DNA of 64,000 nt, taken from Verrucomicrobiota bacterium. Lineage in GTDB: Bacteria > Verrucomicrobiota > Verrucomicrobiia > JABWAM01 > JAHFSZ01. Every line of letters begins with the position of its first letter. Within the stretch, counting starts at the first letter, position 1. The DNA lies in the NCBI GenBank assembly GCA_023265515.1, contig JAHFSZ010000002.1:8358-72357 (forward strand), given 5' to 3'. Below, one piece after another: positions 17,875 to 27,390 of this stretch. The notes beneath the pieces were generated by a model. It made no database searches, was not told where the DNA came from, and was given only the letters and a program-made list of their open reading frames with translations. The position numbers were made by a program, and so were the translations under genes.

Positions 17875-20800
17875 ATGATGACACGCGAAGATAGAATCGA
17901 ACTGCTTCACGAACTGCCCCGCGAGCGCATTTTGTGCATCGATGGCGCGATGGGAACCGCCCTGCAAGCGCGTGATTTGACGGCGAAAGATTTCGGCGGT
18001 GGATCGTATGAAGGATGCAACGAGTACCTGGTCATCACGCGGCCCGATGTGATTCTCGACATCCACAATAAGTACCTCGAAGCAGGCGCCGACATCCTCG
18101 AAACGGACACCTTCGGAAGCACGGCGCTGGTCCTGGCCGAGTATGGCCTGGAGGACCGGGCTCATGAGATCACCAAGCGTGCCGCCGAGCTGGCCCGCAA
18201 GGCGGCCGATGCCTTTTCGACGTCGAAGAAGCCCCGTTTTGTGGCCGGTTCGATGGGCCCTACAACGAAGGCGATCTCGGTCACCGGGGGGGTGACCTTC
18301 GACCAGCTGATCCGCCAATTCAAGGAGCAGGCGCGAGGCCTGGTTGACGGAGGCGTCGATGTCCTCCTGCTCGAAACGGCGCAGGACACCCGCAATGTGA
18401 AGGCCGGTTTGATCGGCATCCAGGACCTCTTTCATGAGACAGGCATTTCCGTACCGGTCATGGTTTCCTGTACCATCGAGCCCATGGGCACGATGCTCGC
18501 TGGGCAAACGGCGGAGGCCTTCGAAGCTTCCGTCCGTCATGCTCCTTTGCTTTCTGTTGGCCTGAACTGCGCGACGGGCCCGGAATTCATGACCGACCAC
18601 ATGCGTTCGTTGCACGAGGTCGCCTGCACCTACGTCTCCTGCGTGCCCAATGCCGGCCTCCCCGATGAGGAAGGCCATTACCTGGAAAGTCCTGAAAGAC
18701 TGGCCGCTTCTCTCGAGCGATTCGCCAAAAACGGCTGGCTGAACTTCGTTGGCGGCTGCTGTGGCACGAACGAAAAGCACATCCGGGCCATTGCGCAGAT
18801 GATCGATGGAAAGAAACCGCGGGTTCCGAAAAAAAACCGCAAGACGGTTTTCACCGGCATCGACCTGGTCGAGGCAAACGAGGACAACCGTCCGCTGATC
18901 GTCGGCGAACGGACCAACGAGGTTGGTTCCCGCCTCTTCAAGCAACTGATCACCGACGAAAAATACGAGGAGGCCAGCGAGATTGCCCGCCGTCAGGTCA
19001 AGCATGGCGCACACATCATCGACATCAACCTGCAAAACGCCGACCGCGATGAGATTCGCGACATCGATGCCTTCTATGACAAAGTCACCCGCAAAATCAA
19101 AGCGCCTTTGATGATCGATACCACCAACCCGGCTTCCATCGAGCGCTCCCTCACCTACTGCCAGGGCAAATCGATCATCAATTCGATCAACCTCGAGGAT
19201 GGCGAGGAGAAGTTCGAGCAGGTATGCCCTCTCGCCCGAAAATACGGCGCCGCCCTGGTCGTCGGCTGCATCGACGAGGATAAACTTCAGGCCCAAGCCA
19301 TCACCCGCGAGCGCAAACTGCAAATCGCCGAGCGTTCCTACCGGCTGCTCACCGACAAATACGGCATACCCGAGGAGGACATCATCTTCGACCCGCTCGT
19401 CTTCCCATGCGGCACCGGCGATCAAAATTATGCCGGCAGCGCGGTCGAGACGATCGAAGGCATCCAGCTGATCAAGCGAAGGTTTCCGCGCTGCAAAATG
19501 GTCCTGGGGATCAGCAACATCTCGTTCGGCCTGCCGCAGGCTGGGCGTGAGGTTCTCAATTCCGTTTTTCTCTACCATTGCACGAAAGCCGGGCTCGACC
19601 TTGCGATCGTCAACGCCGAAAAAATCGAGCGCTTCGCAAGCCTCTCCGAGGAAGACCGGAAGGTTTCCGAAGACCTGCTCTGGAACCGCGGCGAAAAGCC
19701 GGTTGAAACTTTTACCGCCCAGTTTCGGCAGGCACGCAAGAGGGACAAGAAGCTCACCGATCTGCCGCTCGACCAGCGGCTGGCCAATTACATTATCGAG
19801 GGAACCAAGGACGGGCTCATCGATGACCTTCAGCTCAAGTTGAAGGAGGACCGGCCGCTCAACATCATCAACGGTCCACTGATGTCCGGCATGGCGGAAG
19901 TCGGCCGGCTGTTCAACGCCAACGAACTCATTGTCGCTGAAGTCCTGCAAAGCGCCGAAGCGATGAAGACGGCCGTATCCTTTCTTGAACAGTTCATGGA
20001 GAAGAACGAGACCGCGGCGCGGGGCAAAATCGTGCTTGCCACCGTGAAAGGGGATGTCCACGACATCGGCAAGAATCTCGTTGAAATCATTTTGCAGAAC
20101 AACGGCTACTCGGTCGTAAATCTCGGTATTAAGATCCCACCCGAGGAACTCATCAAAGCTTATCACGAACATCGGCCTGATGCGATTGGTTTGTCCGGGC
20201 TTCTCGTCAAGTCGGCCCAACAGATGGTCATCACCGCATCCGATCTGCGCAACGCTGGCATTCAGATTCCGCTTTTGGTCGGCGGCGCCGCCCTCTCCGA
20301 CCGTTTTACACGGACCAAGATCGCCCCTTCCTACAACTATGTTGTCTGCTACGCGAAGGACGCGATGGAGGGCCTTCGCCTGATGGATCAGCTCGGTGAT
20401 CCCAAGCTTCGGGACGAGTTGATCCGGCAGAGATCCGCAACCGAAATCGGCATGGAGTCTCGCGAAACCCGGCAACTTCCTCCTGAATCCGAACTGCGCA
20501 GCTCGCGCGTGCGGATCGACATCCCGATGCCGAAGCTCGGTGATGATATGATGCGCAAGAAGCGCACCGTCCCGGACCTCGATGAGATCTGGAGCTACAT
20601 CAACCCGCAAATGCTCTACGTCCGACACATGGGATTCAAAGCCAATTACGAAAAGGCCCTCGCCCAGCGCGATCCCAAGGCGCTCGAGCTCCAGTCGCTC
20701 ATGGACCAGGTCAAGGAAGAGTGCCGCGCCGGGTTGATGAAAATCCGGACTGTTTGGCAGTTCCTCGAGGCGGAGGCCGACGACAACAAAATCCATCTTT

Positions 20801-21336
20801 TCCAAAAGGGCGGCAAGAAACCCGCCCATACATTCCAATTCCGCCGCCAGCGCAAACCCGACGGACTCTGTCTGAGCGACTATGTCCTGTCGGCTAAGGG
20901 GGGCGAACGGGACCATATCGGCCTGTTCGTGGTTGGGGCGGGTTACGGTATTCGAGAACGATCCGAGGAGGCGAAGCACCAGGGCGAATACACGCGCTCC
21001 CATGGGCTCCAGGCGCTCGCGCTCGAAACAGCGGAAGCATGCGCCGAGTGGCTCCACCGCCGGATGCGTGAAGACTGGGGTTTCCCCGACCCGGCCGGCA
21101 TGACGATGATGGAACGATTTCAGGCGCGCTATCGGGGCAAACGATATTCATTTGGCTACCCAGCCTGCCCGAACCTCGAAGACCAGGCCGGCATTTGGAA
21201 ACTGCTCATGCCAGATGAGATTGGCATCCAACTGACCGAAGGATTCATGATGGAACCCGAAGCAAGCGTGTCGGCGTTGGTTTTTCATCATCCCGACGCC
21301 ATTTACTTTTCGGTCGAGAGCGATGAGCGGCAATAG
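17875..21336 (+). CDS. metH: cobalamin-dependent methionine synthase
   Basis: Hcy-binding, pterin-binding and B12-binding (DVHDIGKN) domains plus the AdoMet reactivation domain, colinear over 1153 aa. Confidence 0.95.
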   Translation: MMTREDRIELLHELPRERILCIDGAMGTALQARDLTAKDFGGGSYEGCNEYLVITRPDVILDIHNKYLEAGADILETDTFGSTALVLAEYGLEDRAHEITKRAAELARKAADAFSTSKKPRFVAGSMGPTTKAISVTGGVTFDQLIRQFKEQARGLVDGGVDVLLLETAQDTRNVKAGLIGIQDLFHETGISVPVMVSCTIEPMGTMLAGQTAEAFEASVRHAPLLSVGLNCATGPEFMTDHMRSLHEVACTYVSCVPNAGLPDEEGHYLESPERLAASLERFAKNGWLNFVGGCCGTNEKHIRAIAQMIDGKKPRVPKKNRKTVFTGIDLVEANEDNRPLIVGERTNEVGSRLFKQLITDEKYEEASEIARRQVKHGAHIIDINLQNADRDEIRDIDAFYDKVTRKIKAPLMIDTTNPASIERSLTYCQGKSIINSINLEDGEEKFEQVCPLARKYGAALVVGCIDEDKLQAQAITRERKLQIAERSYRLLTDKYGIPEEDIIFDPLVFPCGTGDQNYAGSAVETIEGIQLIKRRFPRCKMVLGISNISFGLPQAGREVLNSVFLYHCTKAGLDLAIVNAEKIERFASLSEEDRKVSEDLLWNRGEKPVETFTAQFRQARKRDKKLTDLPLDQRLANYIIEGTKDGLIDDLQLKLKEDRPLNIINGPLMSGMAEVGRLFNANELIVAEVLQSAEAMKTAVSFLEQFMEKNETAARGKIVLATVKGDVHDIGKNLVEIILQNNGYSVVNLGIKIPPEELIKAYHEHRPDAIGLSGLLVKSAQQMVITASDLRNAGIQIPLLVGGAALSDRFTRTKIAPSYNYVVCYAKDAMEGLRLMDQLGDPKLRDELIRQRSATEIGMESRETRQLPPESELRSSRVRIDIPMPKLGDDMMRKKRTVPDLDEIWSYINPQMLYVRHMGFKANYEKALAQRDPKALELQSLMDQVKEECRAGLMKIRTVWQFLEAEADDNKIHLFQKGGKKPAHTFQFRRQRKPDGLCLSDYVLSAKGGERDHIGLFVVGAGYGIRERSEEAKHQGEYTRSHGLQALALETAEACAEWLHRRMREDWGFPDPAGMTMMERFQARYRGKRYSFGYPACPNLEDQAGIWKLLMPDEIGIQLTEGFMMEPEASVSALVFHHPDAIYFSVESDERQ

Positions 21337-21350
21337 GCGCTGAAACTTTT

Positions 21351-22700
21351 CTACTTCTTCTTCATCGTTTTGCGTTCCGACGGGGCGCTCAAGTGTGGAA
21401 CCTGCGTGGCGGCCGTCAGCTTGTCGATCCGCCCCTGTGCACGGATCAGAGAATCGCGGGCCGAGTCCTTGCCCGCCGAAAAGAGCAGATCTGTCTCCTC
21501 AGCGACAATCCTTTCGATTTCGGCCCAGAGAGGAGTCGTCTGCAGGGGCCTGGCATAGTAGAGGCTGTCGATGAAGGCACGGTTGTTGATGCTGAGCTTG
21601 CCTGGAAAATCCAGAAAAACGCGGGATTGTGCGGCGGAGACGCGCGCTGGGATGCTTGTGCCGCTCATCGCGAGCTTGGTCTGGCTCGTCGGTCCCGTTA
21701 AAAACCGCACCAGCTTCCACGCCTCCTCCAGATGCTGGGTAAAGCTGGAAATGCCATAGCCCTGCACCAAAAGCGTCGTCGCACGCCTGCGGTTCCTTGG
21801 CATCGGGCTGACGTCCCAACCGAGCCCCTCCTTCTTTTGCAGCTGGGCGGCCAGCGAGCGGCCGGCGAACATCATCGCCGAGAAACGTTTTTCCAACGGC
21901 GGCTCCGGTGAATCCGCCGCGGCAAGCGTGGATTTGGCCTGCGCGACGCGAGACTCATAGATCAGGTCGACGTAGAATTGCAGCGCTGCGGCGTTTCTTT
22001 CAAGCATCGCGGGAGATCCAAGCAGCCATCTTCCGGTATCCGGATCGAAGATCTCACCGCCATTCTGCCAGACGAATGGAGCCCATGCGGACATGTCCGG
22101 ATCCAGATCGAGCCCATACTGGATCATTCTTTCGGATCCCTCTTCCATCAGGGTCAGCCGCTCAGCCGCTTGCTTGAGGTCGCCCCAGTCCCACGAGTCG
22201 CTTGGATACGGGATGCCCGCCCGGTCAAATTTCCGCTTATTGAAATAAAGCACCTGCGTGGAGCACGCGGCCGGCACCGCCCACAGCCTGTTATCCTGGA
22301 AAAAACACTCCGTCAGCCGCGGCTGGAAGTCGAAGAGGTCATCGGCGCGTCCGCTGATGTCGTGCAGCAATCCCTTGCTTCTCATCTGCGCGAAATCGGA
22401 CAGGTCAAGGGCAAAAACATCCGGCATCGCCCCCTTGGAGACTTCCTTCAAGATTTCTTCCAGGTATGCCCGATGCGTGGCGGTCCGGATGAGTTCGACT
22501 CGGATGCCGTGGTTCTGCTCTTCAAATATCGCAGCCTGCTGCTTCATGCGGGAGAATGCGGCATCGTCCGCCCAGAACATCAACCTGAGGCGGACCGCCT
22601 CTTGTTTCGAACAGCCAAAAAGAAAGGAGGCCAGCGAAAGAAGGAAAATGAGGCGTTGAAGTTTGATCTTCAATGAAGTTGGAACTCGTACGCCGCGCAT
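21351..22700 (-). CDS. ABC transporter extracellular solute-binding lipoprotein (family 1, sugar-type)
   Basis: Lipoprotein signal (LSLASFLFGCS) followed by an SBP family-1-like sequence. The track ORF extends to 22814; the start is more likely ATG at 22700. Confidence 0.7.
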   Translation of the reverse strand: MRGVRVPTSLKIKLQRLIFLLSLASFLFGCSKQEAVRLRLMFWADDAAFSRMKQQAAIFEEQNHGIRVELIRTATHRAYLEEILKEVSKGAMPDVFALDLSDFAQMRSKGLLHDISGRADDLFDFQPRLTECFFQDNRLWAVPAACSTQVLYFNKRKFDRAGIPYPSDSWDWGDLKQAAERLTLMEEGSERMIQYGLDLDPDMSAWAPFVWQNGGEIFDPDTGRWLLGSPAMLERNAAALQFYVDLIYESRVAQAKSTLAAADSPEPPLEKRFSAMMFAGRSLAAQLQKKEGLGWDVSPMPRNRRRATTLLVQGYGISSFTQHLEEAWKLVRFLTGPTSQTKLAMSGTSIPARVSAAQSRVFLDFPGKLSINNRAFIDSLYYARPLQTTPLWAEIERIVAEETDLLFSAGKDSARDSLIRAQGRIDKLTAATQVPHLSAPSERKTMKKK

Positions 22701-22728
22701 TCGAAGTTCGAAATCCGAAATCCGAAAG
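22699..22728. repeat. tandem heptamer array (TCGAAAT / TCCGAAA x4) immediately 5' of the SBP start codon
   Basis: ATTCGAAGTTCGAAATCCGAAATCCGAAAG, directly abutting the proposed ATG at 22700 of the minus-strand SBP gene. Confidence 0.65.
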
Positions 22729-22734
22729 CAAGGA

Positions 22735-23766
22735 TCATACCTGTACGTCCTGCATGAATTGCGCGGCGGCCTCCGGCGGCACCGGATTGATGTAAAAACC
22801 GCTTCCCACTTCAAATCCGGTGATCATCGTCACGCGGGGAATGATTTCCACGTGCCAGCGAAAATACCTTTCAAGACCGTCGAGCCGCGCCGTCGTCGTG
22901 GATGAACGAGTCGGGGCTGTGTAGAGCAGGCAGTTATAATGCGGGTGGTTGAGGGCCTTATTGAGCTTCTGAACCACCACCTTGTAACAATCGGCGATCT
23001 GGATAAACTCGTTCTTTTCGGCGGAGTAGAAATCGCTCATCTGCCTGCGAGGAAAAATCGAGACTTCGAATGGAAACCTTGAAGCATAAGGGCAGAACGC
23101 AATGAAGCCGGAATTCTGGTAGACAACCCGCTGATTGTCACGGAGCTCCTGCTGAAGAATATCCTCGAAAATCGATCGCTCTTTCTCCGTGTAATAAGAG
23201 CGCGCATGGTCAAGTTTGTTCTGTACAATGCTGGGTACCACCGGAGTTGCGATCAGCTGGGAGTGTGCGTGGCTCAGCGAAGCGCCGGCCATCCTGCCGA
23301 CATTCTTGAACACCAGCAAATAACGAAACCGGAGGTCCTTTTCCAAATCGATCATGCGCAACTTGTAAGTCTTGAATACCTCCGCGATCTCCTCCACCGC
23401 AAGCGTCTCGAGGGGATGGCCGGTCAGCGGAGTCTCAACAATGATTTCGTGAGCACCGACCGCGTCCATCATATCGTAAATCCCGACCCCCTCGGCGCGG
23501 TTCTGTCCTTCAATCCGCAGGACAGGATAGGTGTTTGGAATGACCCTCACTTTCCAGCCGCCCGTATTGGCCAGTCCGGCCTTGGGACGCAGCGCATAGA
23601 TTTCGGGAGGGGTCATCTTCTCGTTGCCCTCCGCGAGCGGATCGTTTTTCCCTGACTCCGCTTCCGAAGAACAGCTCGAGGAGATGAATTCGGCGGGGCT
23701 TTTCGTGCGCTCGGTCGAAACGATGACCCATCGGTATGTGAGAGGATCCTTTCGCAGTTCAGCCAT
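22735..23766 (-). CDS. GalT-like HIT-family nucleotidyltransferase (galactose-1-phosphate uridylyltransferase / ADP-glucose phosphorylase family)
   Basis: HxHxQ active-site motif (SHAHSQL) and overall GalT-like layout; the N-terminal zinc CPFC motif is divergent. Confidence 0.7.
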   Translation of the reverse strand: MAELRKDPLTYRWVIVSTERTKSPAEFISSSCSSEAESGKNDPLAEGNEKMTPPEIYALRPKAGLANTGGWKVRVIPNTYPVLRIEGQNRAEGVGIYDMMDAVGAHEIIVETPLTGHPLETLAVEEIAEVFKTYKLRMIDLEKDLRFRYLLVFKNVGRMAGASLSHAHSQLIATPVVPSIVQNKLDHARSYYTEKERSIFEDILQQELRDNQRVVYQNSGFIAFCPYASRFPFEVSIFPRRQMSDFYSAEKNEFIQIADCYKVVVQKLNKALNHPHYNCLLYTAPTRSSTTTARLDGLERYFRWHVEIIPRVTMITGFEVGSGFYINPVPPEAAAQFMQDVQV

Positions 23767-23863
23767 GGTTCCCGGCTAACATAGTTGTTGCCGGCAGGCA
23801 AGGCCGGATGCAGCAAGCCGTATTTTTCATTTTCAGCGGCGCATGTTTTTGTTATAGGCAGCC

Positions 23864-24343
23864 ATGGTTAAAAACTTCCCCCTTCTTGTCGCCATCAGCT
23901 CGGCCGTCCTTTTCGGCTGTGAACCCCAGAAACAGCCGCAAGCCGAAGTCGAACCGGAACAGGTTCCTGCCGTCGGCTTTCCAGCAGCAAAGAACCGAAC
24001 CGCCAGCGCCGCTGTTCAAACCGGCCTTCAGACCTATGTCTGCACGCAGCAGGTCGCGGCATACGACCCGGCGAATCCTTCCAAACAGCTCGGTTTTTTC
24101 AAAACGGGCAGCGAACTGCAGCTCACCCTGACGCCAACGGGTCCCGGGATGGTGGTGGTGACCTATCAGGACCCAAGCGGCACGCTCATCACAGCGGTTT
24201 GCCGTGCCGAGGATGTCGGCGTGGCGCCTCCCGGGCAATCCGCGTCCGCTCCCTCGCAAGAGCCGCAAAAACCGAAGGGGCTTTCAGGCGGCGTGAAGAC
24301 CCAAGGCAATCCGAAGTACAAGCCGCTGGGTGGTGGGCTCTAA
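23864..24343 (+). CDS. secreted lipoprotein with two-Cys domain and low-complexity tail (paralog 1)
   Basis: Lipobox LFGC. Conserved block VCTQQVAAYDPANPSKQLGFF...YQDPSGTLITAVCRAEDV shared with the next gene. Confidence 0.5.
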   Translation: MVKNFPLLVAISSAVLFGCEPQKQPQAEVEPEQVPAVGFPAAKNRTASAAVQTGLQTYVCTQQVAAYDPANPSKQLGFFKTGSELQLTLTPTGPGMVVVTYQDPSGTLITAVCRAEDVGVAPPGQSASAPSQEPQKPKGLSGGVKTQGNPKYKPLGGGL

Positions 24344-24399
24344 ACGCCTCTTTTTGGCCTGACTTGGCGATGGTGCCGTGGTAAATTTAAGCTGATTCT

Positions 24400-25044
24400 A
24401 TGTTGAGAAACCTGATGAGCATCGCCGTGGTGGCCGGTCTCGTCTACGGCGCCTACGTCGTCAACCTGAAGTACTTCGGAGGCAATTCGTCTACCCAGCA
24501 GAAACAAACGGAGTTCAAGATGGTTCCGTTTGTCTGCCCGCGGGACATCCAGGCTTTTGATCCGGCCTCTCCCAAAAAACTCATCGGCCAGTTCAATAAA
24601 GGCACACAGATCGACGTGGGCATCAATATCTTTGACGGGATGAAAAACGTTTCCTACCAGCAGCCGAATGGACAGACCGTCCGGGCCCTCTGCCGCGCCA
24701 AGGATCTGACGGGTCAGCCCGCTGACGCGCCACTCGAAAAGATGCAGGTGAAAACGAAACTGGCGGGCAATCCCGCGCTGAAAGACAACCCCGACGCGAC
24801 GTGGCTCGGTAATGGCCAGATGACCATCCAACAGGGAGAAAATGGAGGTGTTCCGGGCACCGGTGTCGCCGGCAGCTTCATTCCACTCGGCAAAAGCGGC
24901 GCCAAAGAAGGCAGGACCCTCAGTGGTTCCTTTGAAGGTCAGCAGGACTCGACGCCTCCCCCGTCGCCGTCTCTGAGCCCCGAGCAGGGAATCAAGCAGA
25001 GGGCCAAGGACTTGGGCACCAATCAGGGTTCGGCTTCTCCATAA
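24400..25044 (+). CDS. membrane-anchored two-Cys domain protein with Gly/Pro/Ser-rich tail (paralog 2)
   Basis: N-terminal TM helix. Block VCPRDIQAFDPASPKKLIGQF...YQQPNGQTVRALCRAKDL is paralogous to 23864-24343. Confidence 0.5.
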   Translation: MLRNLMSIAVVAGLVYGAYVVNLKYFGGNSSTQQKQTEFKMVPFVCPRDIQAFDPASPKKLIGQFNKGTQIDVGINIFDGMKNVSYQQPNGQTVRALCRAKDLTGQPADAPLEKMQVKTKLAGNPALKDNPDATWLGNGQMTIQQGENGGVPGTGVAGSFIPLGKSGAKEGRTLSGSFEGQQDSTPPPSPSLSPEQGIKQRAKDLGTNQGSASP

Positions 25045-25092
25045 CCCTGCACACAGAAGTAGTTATCCTCCTATCGTGCGACTGTCCACCCG

Positions 25093-25689
25093 GTGAGAAT
25101 GTTCGTCGCCATTGATCTGTCTGAGGAGGCGCGTTCCGAGATAGCGGCACTGGTCCTCTCGTTGCGAAAACACGGCGCGGATGTCAAGTGGGTGGAATTG
25201 CAGAACCTTCACCTCACGCTGAAGTTCCTGCCTGATGTCGAGGACTCAAAACAGGATGCGCTTCACAAAGCATTCTCACCGCTCGCACGATCCTTCACGC
25301 CTTTCCAACTGCGTCTTGTCGGCGTCGGTGGTTTTCCCGACGGCGATCGCCCTAGGATTCTCTGGGTGGGCGCCGCTGAAGGTAGCGAGCATGTAAAGCA
25401 GCTCGCCGCGTCTATCGAATCGGTCCTTGAGCTCGCTGGCTTCGCGCGGGAATCGCGCCCTTTCCAAGTCCACCTGACGGTCGGAAGGGTCCGGAGCGCC
25501 AAAAAACTCGCCCCACTCATGGATCAGATCAAGAAGATGCCTTTCTCGTCGGTCCACGGCTTCCAAGTGAACAGCCTCACTCTGTACCGAAGTACTCTGA
25601 CTTCGGCACAGCCGGTTTATGAAGTCATCGGGAAATTTCCCTTGGGGACTCGAGAAACTCCATCGCCTGACCCAGAACAGTGGCGCTAA
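25093..25689 (+). CDS. thpR: RNA 2',3'-cyclic phosphodiesterase (2H family, ThpR/LigT)
   Basis: Two H-x-T-x motifs (LHLTLKFL and VHLTVGRV) with ~190-aa spacing typical of LigT. Confidence 0.8.
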   Translation: MRMFVAIDLSEEARSEIAALVLSLRKHGADVKWVELQNLHLTLKFLPDVEDSKQDALHKAFSPLARSFTPFQLRLVGVGGFPDGDRPRILWVGAAEGSEHVKQLAASIESVLELAGFARESRPFQVHLTVGRVRSAKKLAPLMDQIKKMPFSSVHGFQVNSLTLYRSTLTSAQPVYEVIGKFPLGTRETPSPDPEQWR

Positions 25690-26788
25690 AAGTCCCTTGG
25701 GGTGAACTGGGCACCTCAAAGAGCTTTGCCTGAAAACCGTTCTTGGCAAAGCCGCCATAATAAAGGTCGAGGATCTCGTCGCGGTGCACATCGGTCTCAC
25801 CCGCGATCAGGGCAAACCGGATGTTCCTCTTGGCGGCGGCGACCATTTCCGCGGAATGCGCGAAAACACCGTAGCCGCTGCCGCCCCATTTGACAGCCTG
25901 GTAAAACTCGGCACCTGAGCATGGGATAGATCCACGGATCAGTTCCGGGTGCTGGAAGGCAACTCGCGCCGCCATCCGGCCTCCCTCGCCGAGGCCGGCG
26001 ACATAGACACGGGACGGGTCAATCTTGTATTCCTCCATCATTTTGAGGATGCCCACCACCGTGAGGCCGACACGCCGTGCCTCGGCATCCTGATCGCCGA
26101 CATTCTGCGCGGCGATGAACAGAAGGTTTCGCTCGTTCAGCACGGCATCCCAGCCCCATGGGATCTCCACTGTATCCCTTGAATTGATGAAAGCCACCAA
26201 ACCGAAGGGCTTGGACCCGTCATATTTTGTCGGGACGTAGATGTAAAATTTTTCCTTGTCCATCTGGTAGCTATAGTCAACGTCGGGGTTTCGATGGGGG
26301 ATCTTCGGGGGCTGGCTGAAACTGTAAAAAAAACCTCCCGCCTGCTTGATCGGAGAAACTGACGTCGAGGAAGAGGTTAACGGCATTGGGCGGGCCGGCG
26401 CGGGATCGAGACTCTCAAGCGGCTTCGGCTTGATAGGCGCGGGCGGATTTTGGGCGGGTTGCGGCGCTGGCGTGGAACTGAAAACCGGCGGCTTGGCTGG
26501 CTGCGTTGCGTGCACCGCCAGTTCCGGAAAATATCGAGATTTTTCCTCGGCGGCAAGTTGGTCCGGTGTCAGGTAGATCATTCCCTCGGGAAGCTGGCAC
26601 TCCAGCCGGCCCGGCTTCACCACAACGGTTTCGAACCTCATCGTATTGCCGTTGTTGAGCTTGACCGCCACTTCGGCATTCGAAACCGATTCCATCAAAA
26701 AAAAGCAGATCAGCGCGAGGAAGCCCCCGCGGACGACATGGCTCGTTCGCCGAAATCGCTGCTGAAACTTGTCAATCCTTTTAGGCAT
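25625..26788 (-). CDS. secreted alpha/beta-hydrolase-fold protein (esterase/PHB-depolymerase-like); nucleophile elbow reads GLGEGG
   Basis: N-terminal signal/TM, Pro-rich linker, then a hydrolase-like core (VYVAGLGEGGRMA) in which the usual GxSxG serine appears replaced. Converges on and overlaps thpR by 65 nt. Confidence 0.5.
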   Translation of the reverse strand: MPKRIDKFQQRFRRTSHVVRGGFLALICFFLMESVSNAEVAVKLNNGNTMRFETVVVKPGRLECQLPEGMIYLTPDQLAAEEKSRYFPELAVHATQPAKPPVFSSTPAPQPAQNPPAPIKPKPLESLDPAPARPMPLTSSSTSVSPIKQAGGFFYSFSQPPKIPHRNPDVDYSYQMDKEKFYIYVPTKYDGSKPFGLVAFINSRDTVEIPWGWDAVLNERNLLFIAAQNVGDQDAEARRVGLTVVGILKMMEEYKIDPSRVYVAGLGEGGRMAARVAFQHPELIRGSIPCSGAEFYQAVKWGGSGYGVFAHSAEMVAAAKRNIRFALIAGETDVHRDEILDLYYGGFAKNGFQAKLFEVPSSPQGTFSATVLGQAMEFLESPREISR

Positions 26789-27035
26789 CTTGTTGTAAAA
26801 AATATAACACAAATCAACTGGTTTGCTGAGTGAAATGTTACAGGGTTGGCGCGTGCCTGAAAGCAGAAAAAAGCCCGTTTTAGGAGCAACAGGGGGTTAT
26901 TTTGGCTCCCTTGAGGCCCAGGAGAGGATTGCCAAACCGGCTGCCGCCCGCTAAATTCTGTTACGCCGAAACCGTTCCGGCGCCCTGGCACGAGATCCGA
27001 TCATCGAAGAAAAAAACTTTCTGCCCCGCAATACA

Positions 27036-27347
27036 ATGGATGACGGCCAAATATTACAGCAAGTCCGGGCGATCTATGTGCGCAATGCGGTGGACACGCA
27101 GTTTCTCCAGATCGATGTCACCAGCAAGGCCGTATTTGTAAAAGGCGTCTTCACCGTTACCATCTACAAACCCAAAAAGAGCGGTCCGGAAAGTGCGGCG
27201 GATGTCACGAAGCTCAAGGACGAAGTTCGGCGGACTTTGCGAAATATTGAACAACAGATCATTGCCATCGGCGAAATCAAATCTTTGAACTTTGAATACG
27301 ACAACTGGATGAGAAGCCCGACGGGATGGGTGGAAAAGAGGGTCTGA
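27036..27347 (+). CDS. hypothetical small protein (103 aa)
   Basis: ORF with a plausible divergent promoter region; no recognisable motif. Confidence 0.35.
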   Translation: MDDGQILQQVRAIYVRNAVDTQFLQIDVTSKAVFVKGVFTVTIYKPKKSGPESAADVTKLKDEVRRTLRNIEQQIIAIGEIKSLNFEYDNWMRSPTGWVEKRV

Positions 27348-27390
27348 AACCCCGGGGTCTCCGCCCTGGAAGGCGAGCACGGATCAAAAT

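Noticed and set aside
17779-21057. 1092-aa ORF on the minus strand opposite metH
   Set aside because: It is fully antisense to a confidently identified, colinear 1153-aa metH. The translation is low-complexity and Arg/Gly/Leu-rich, typical of a GC-rich shadow frame. The same applies to 14615-16213(+), 29718-30794(+), 55691-57547(+), 6003-6944(-), 1316-2332(-) and similar.
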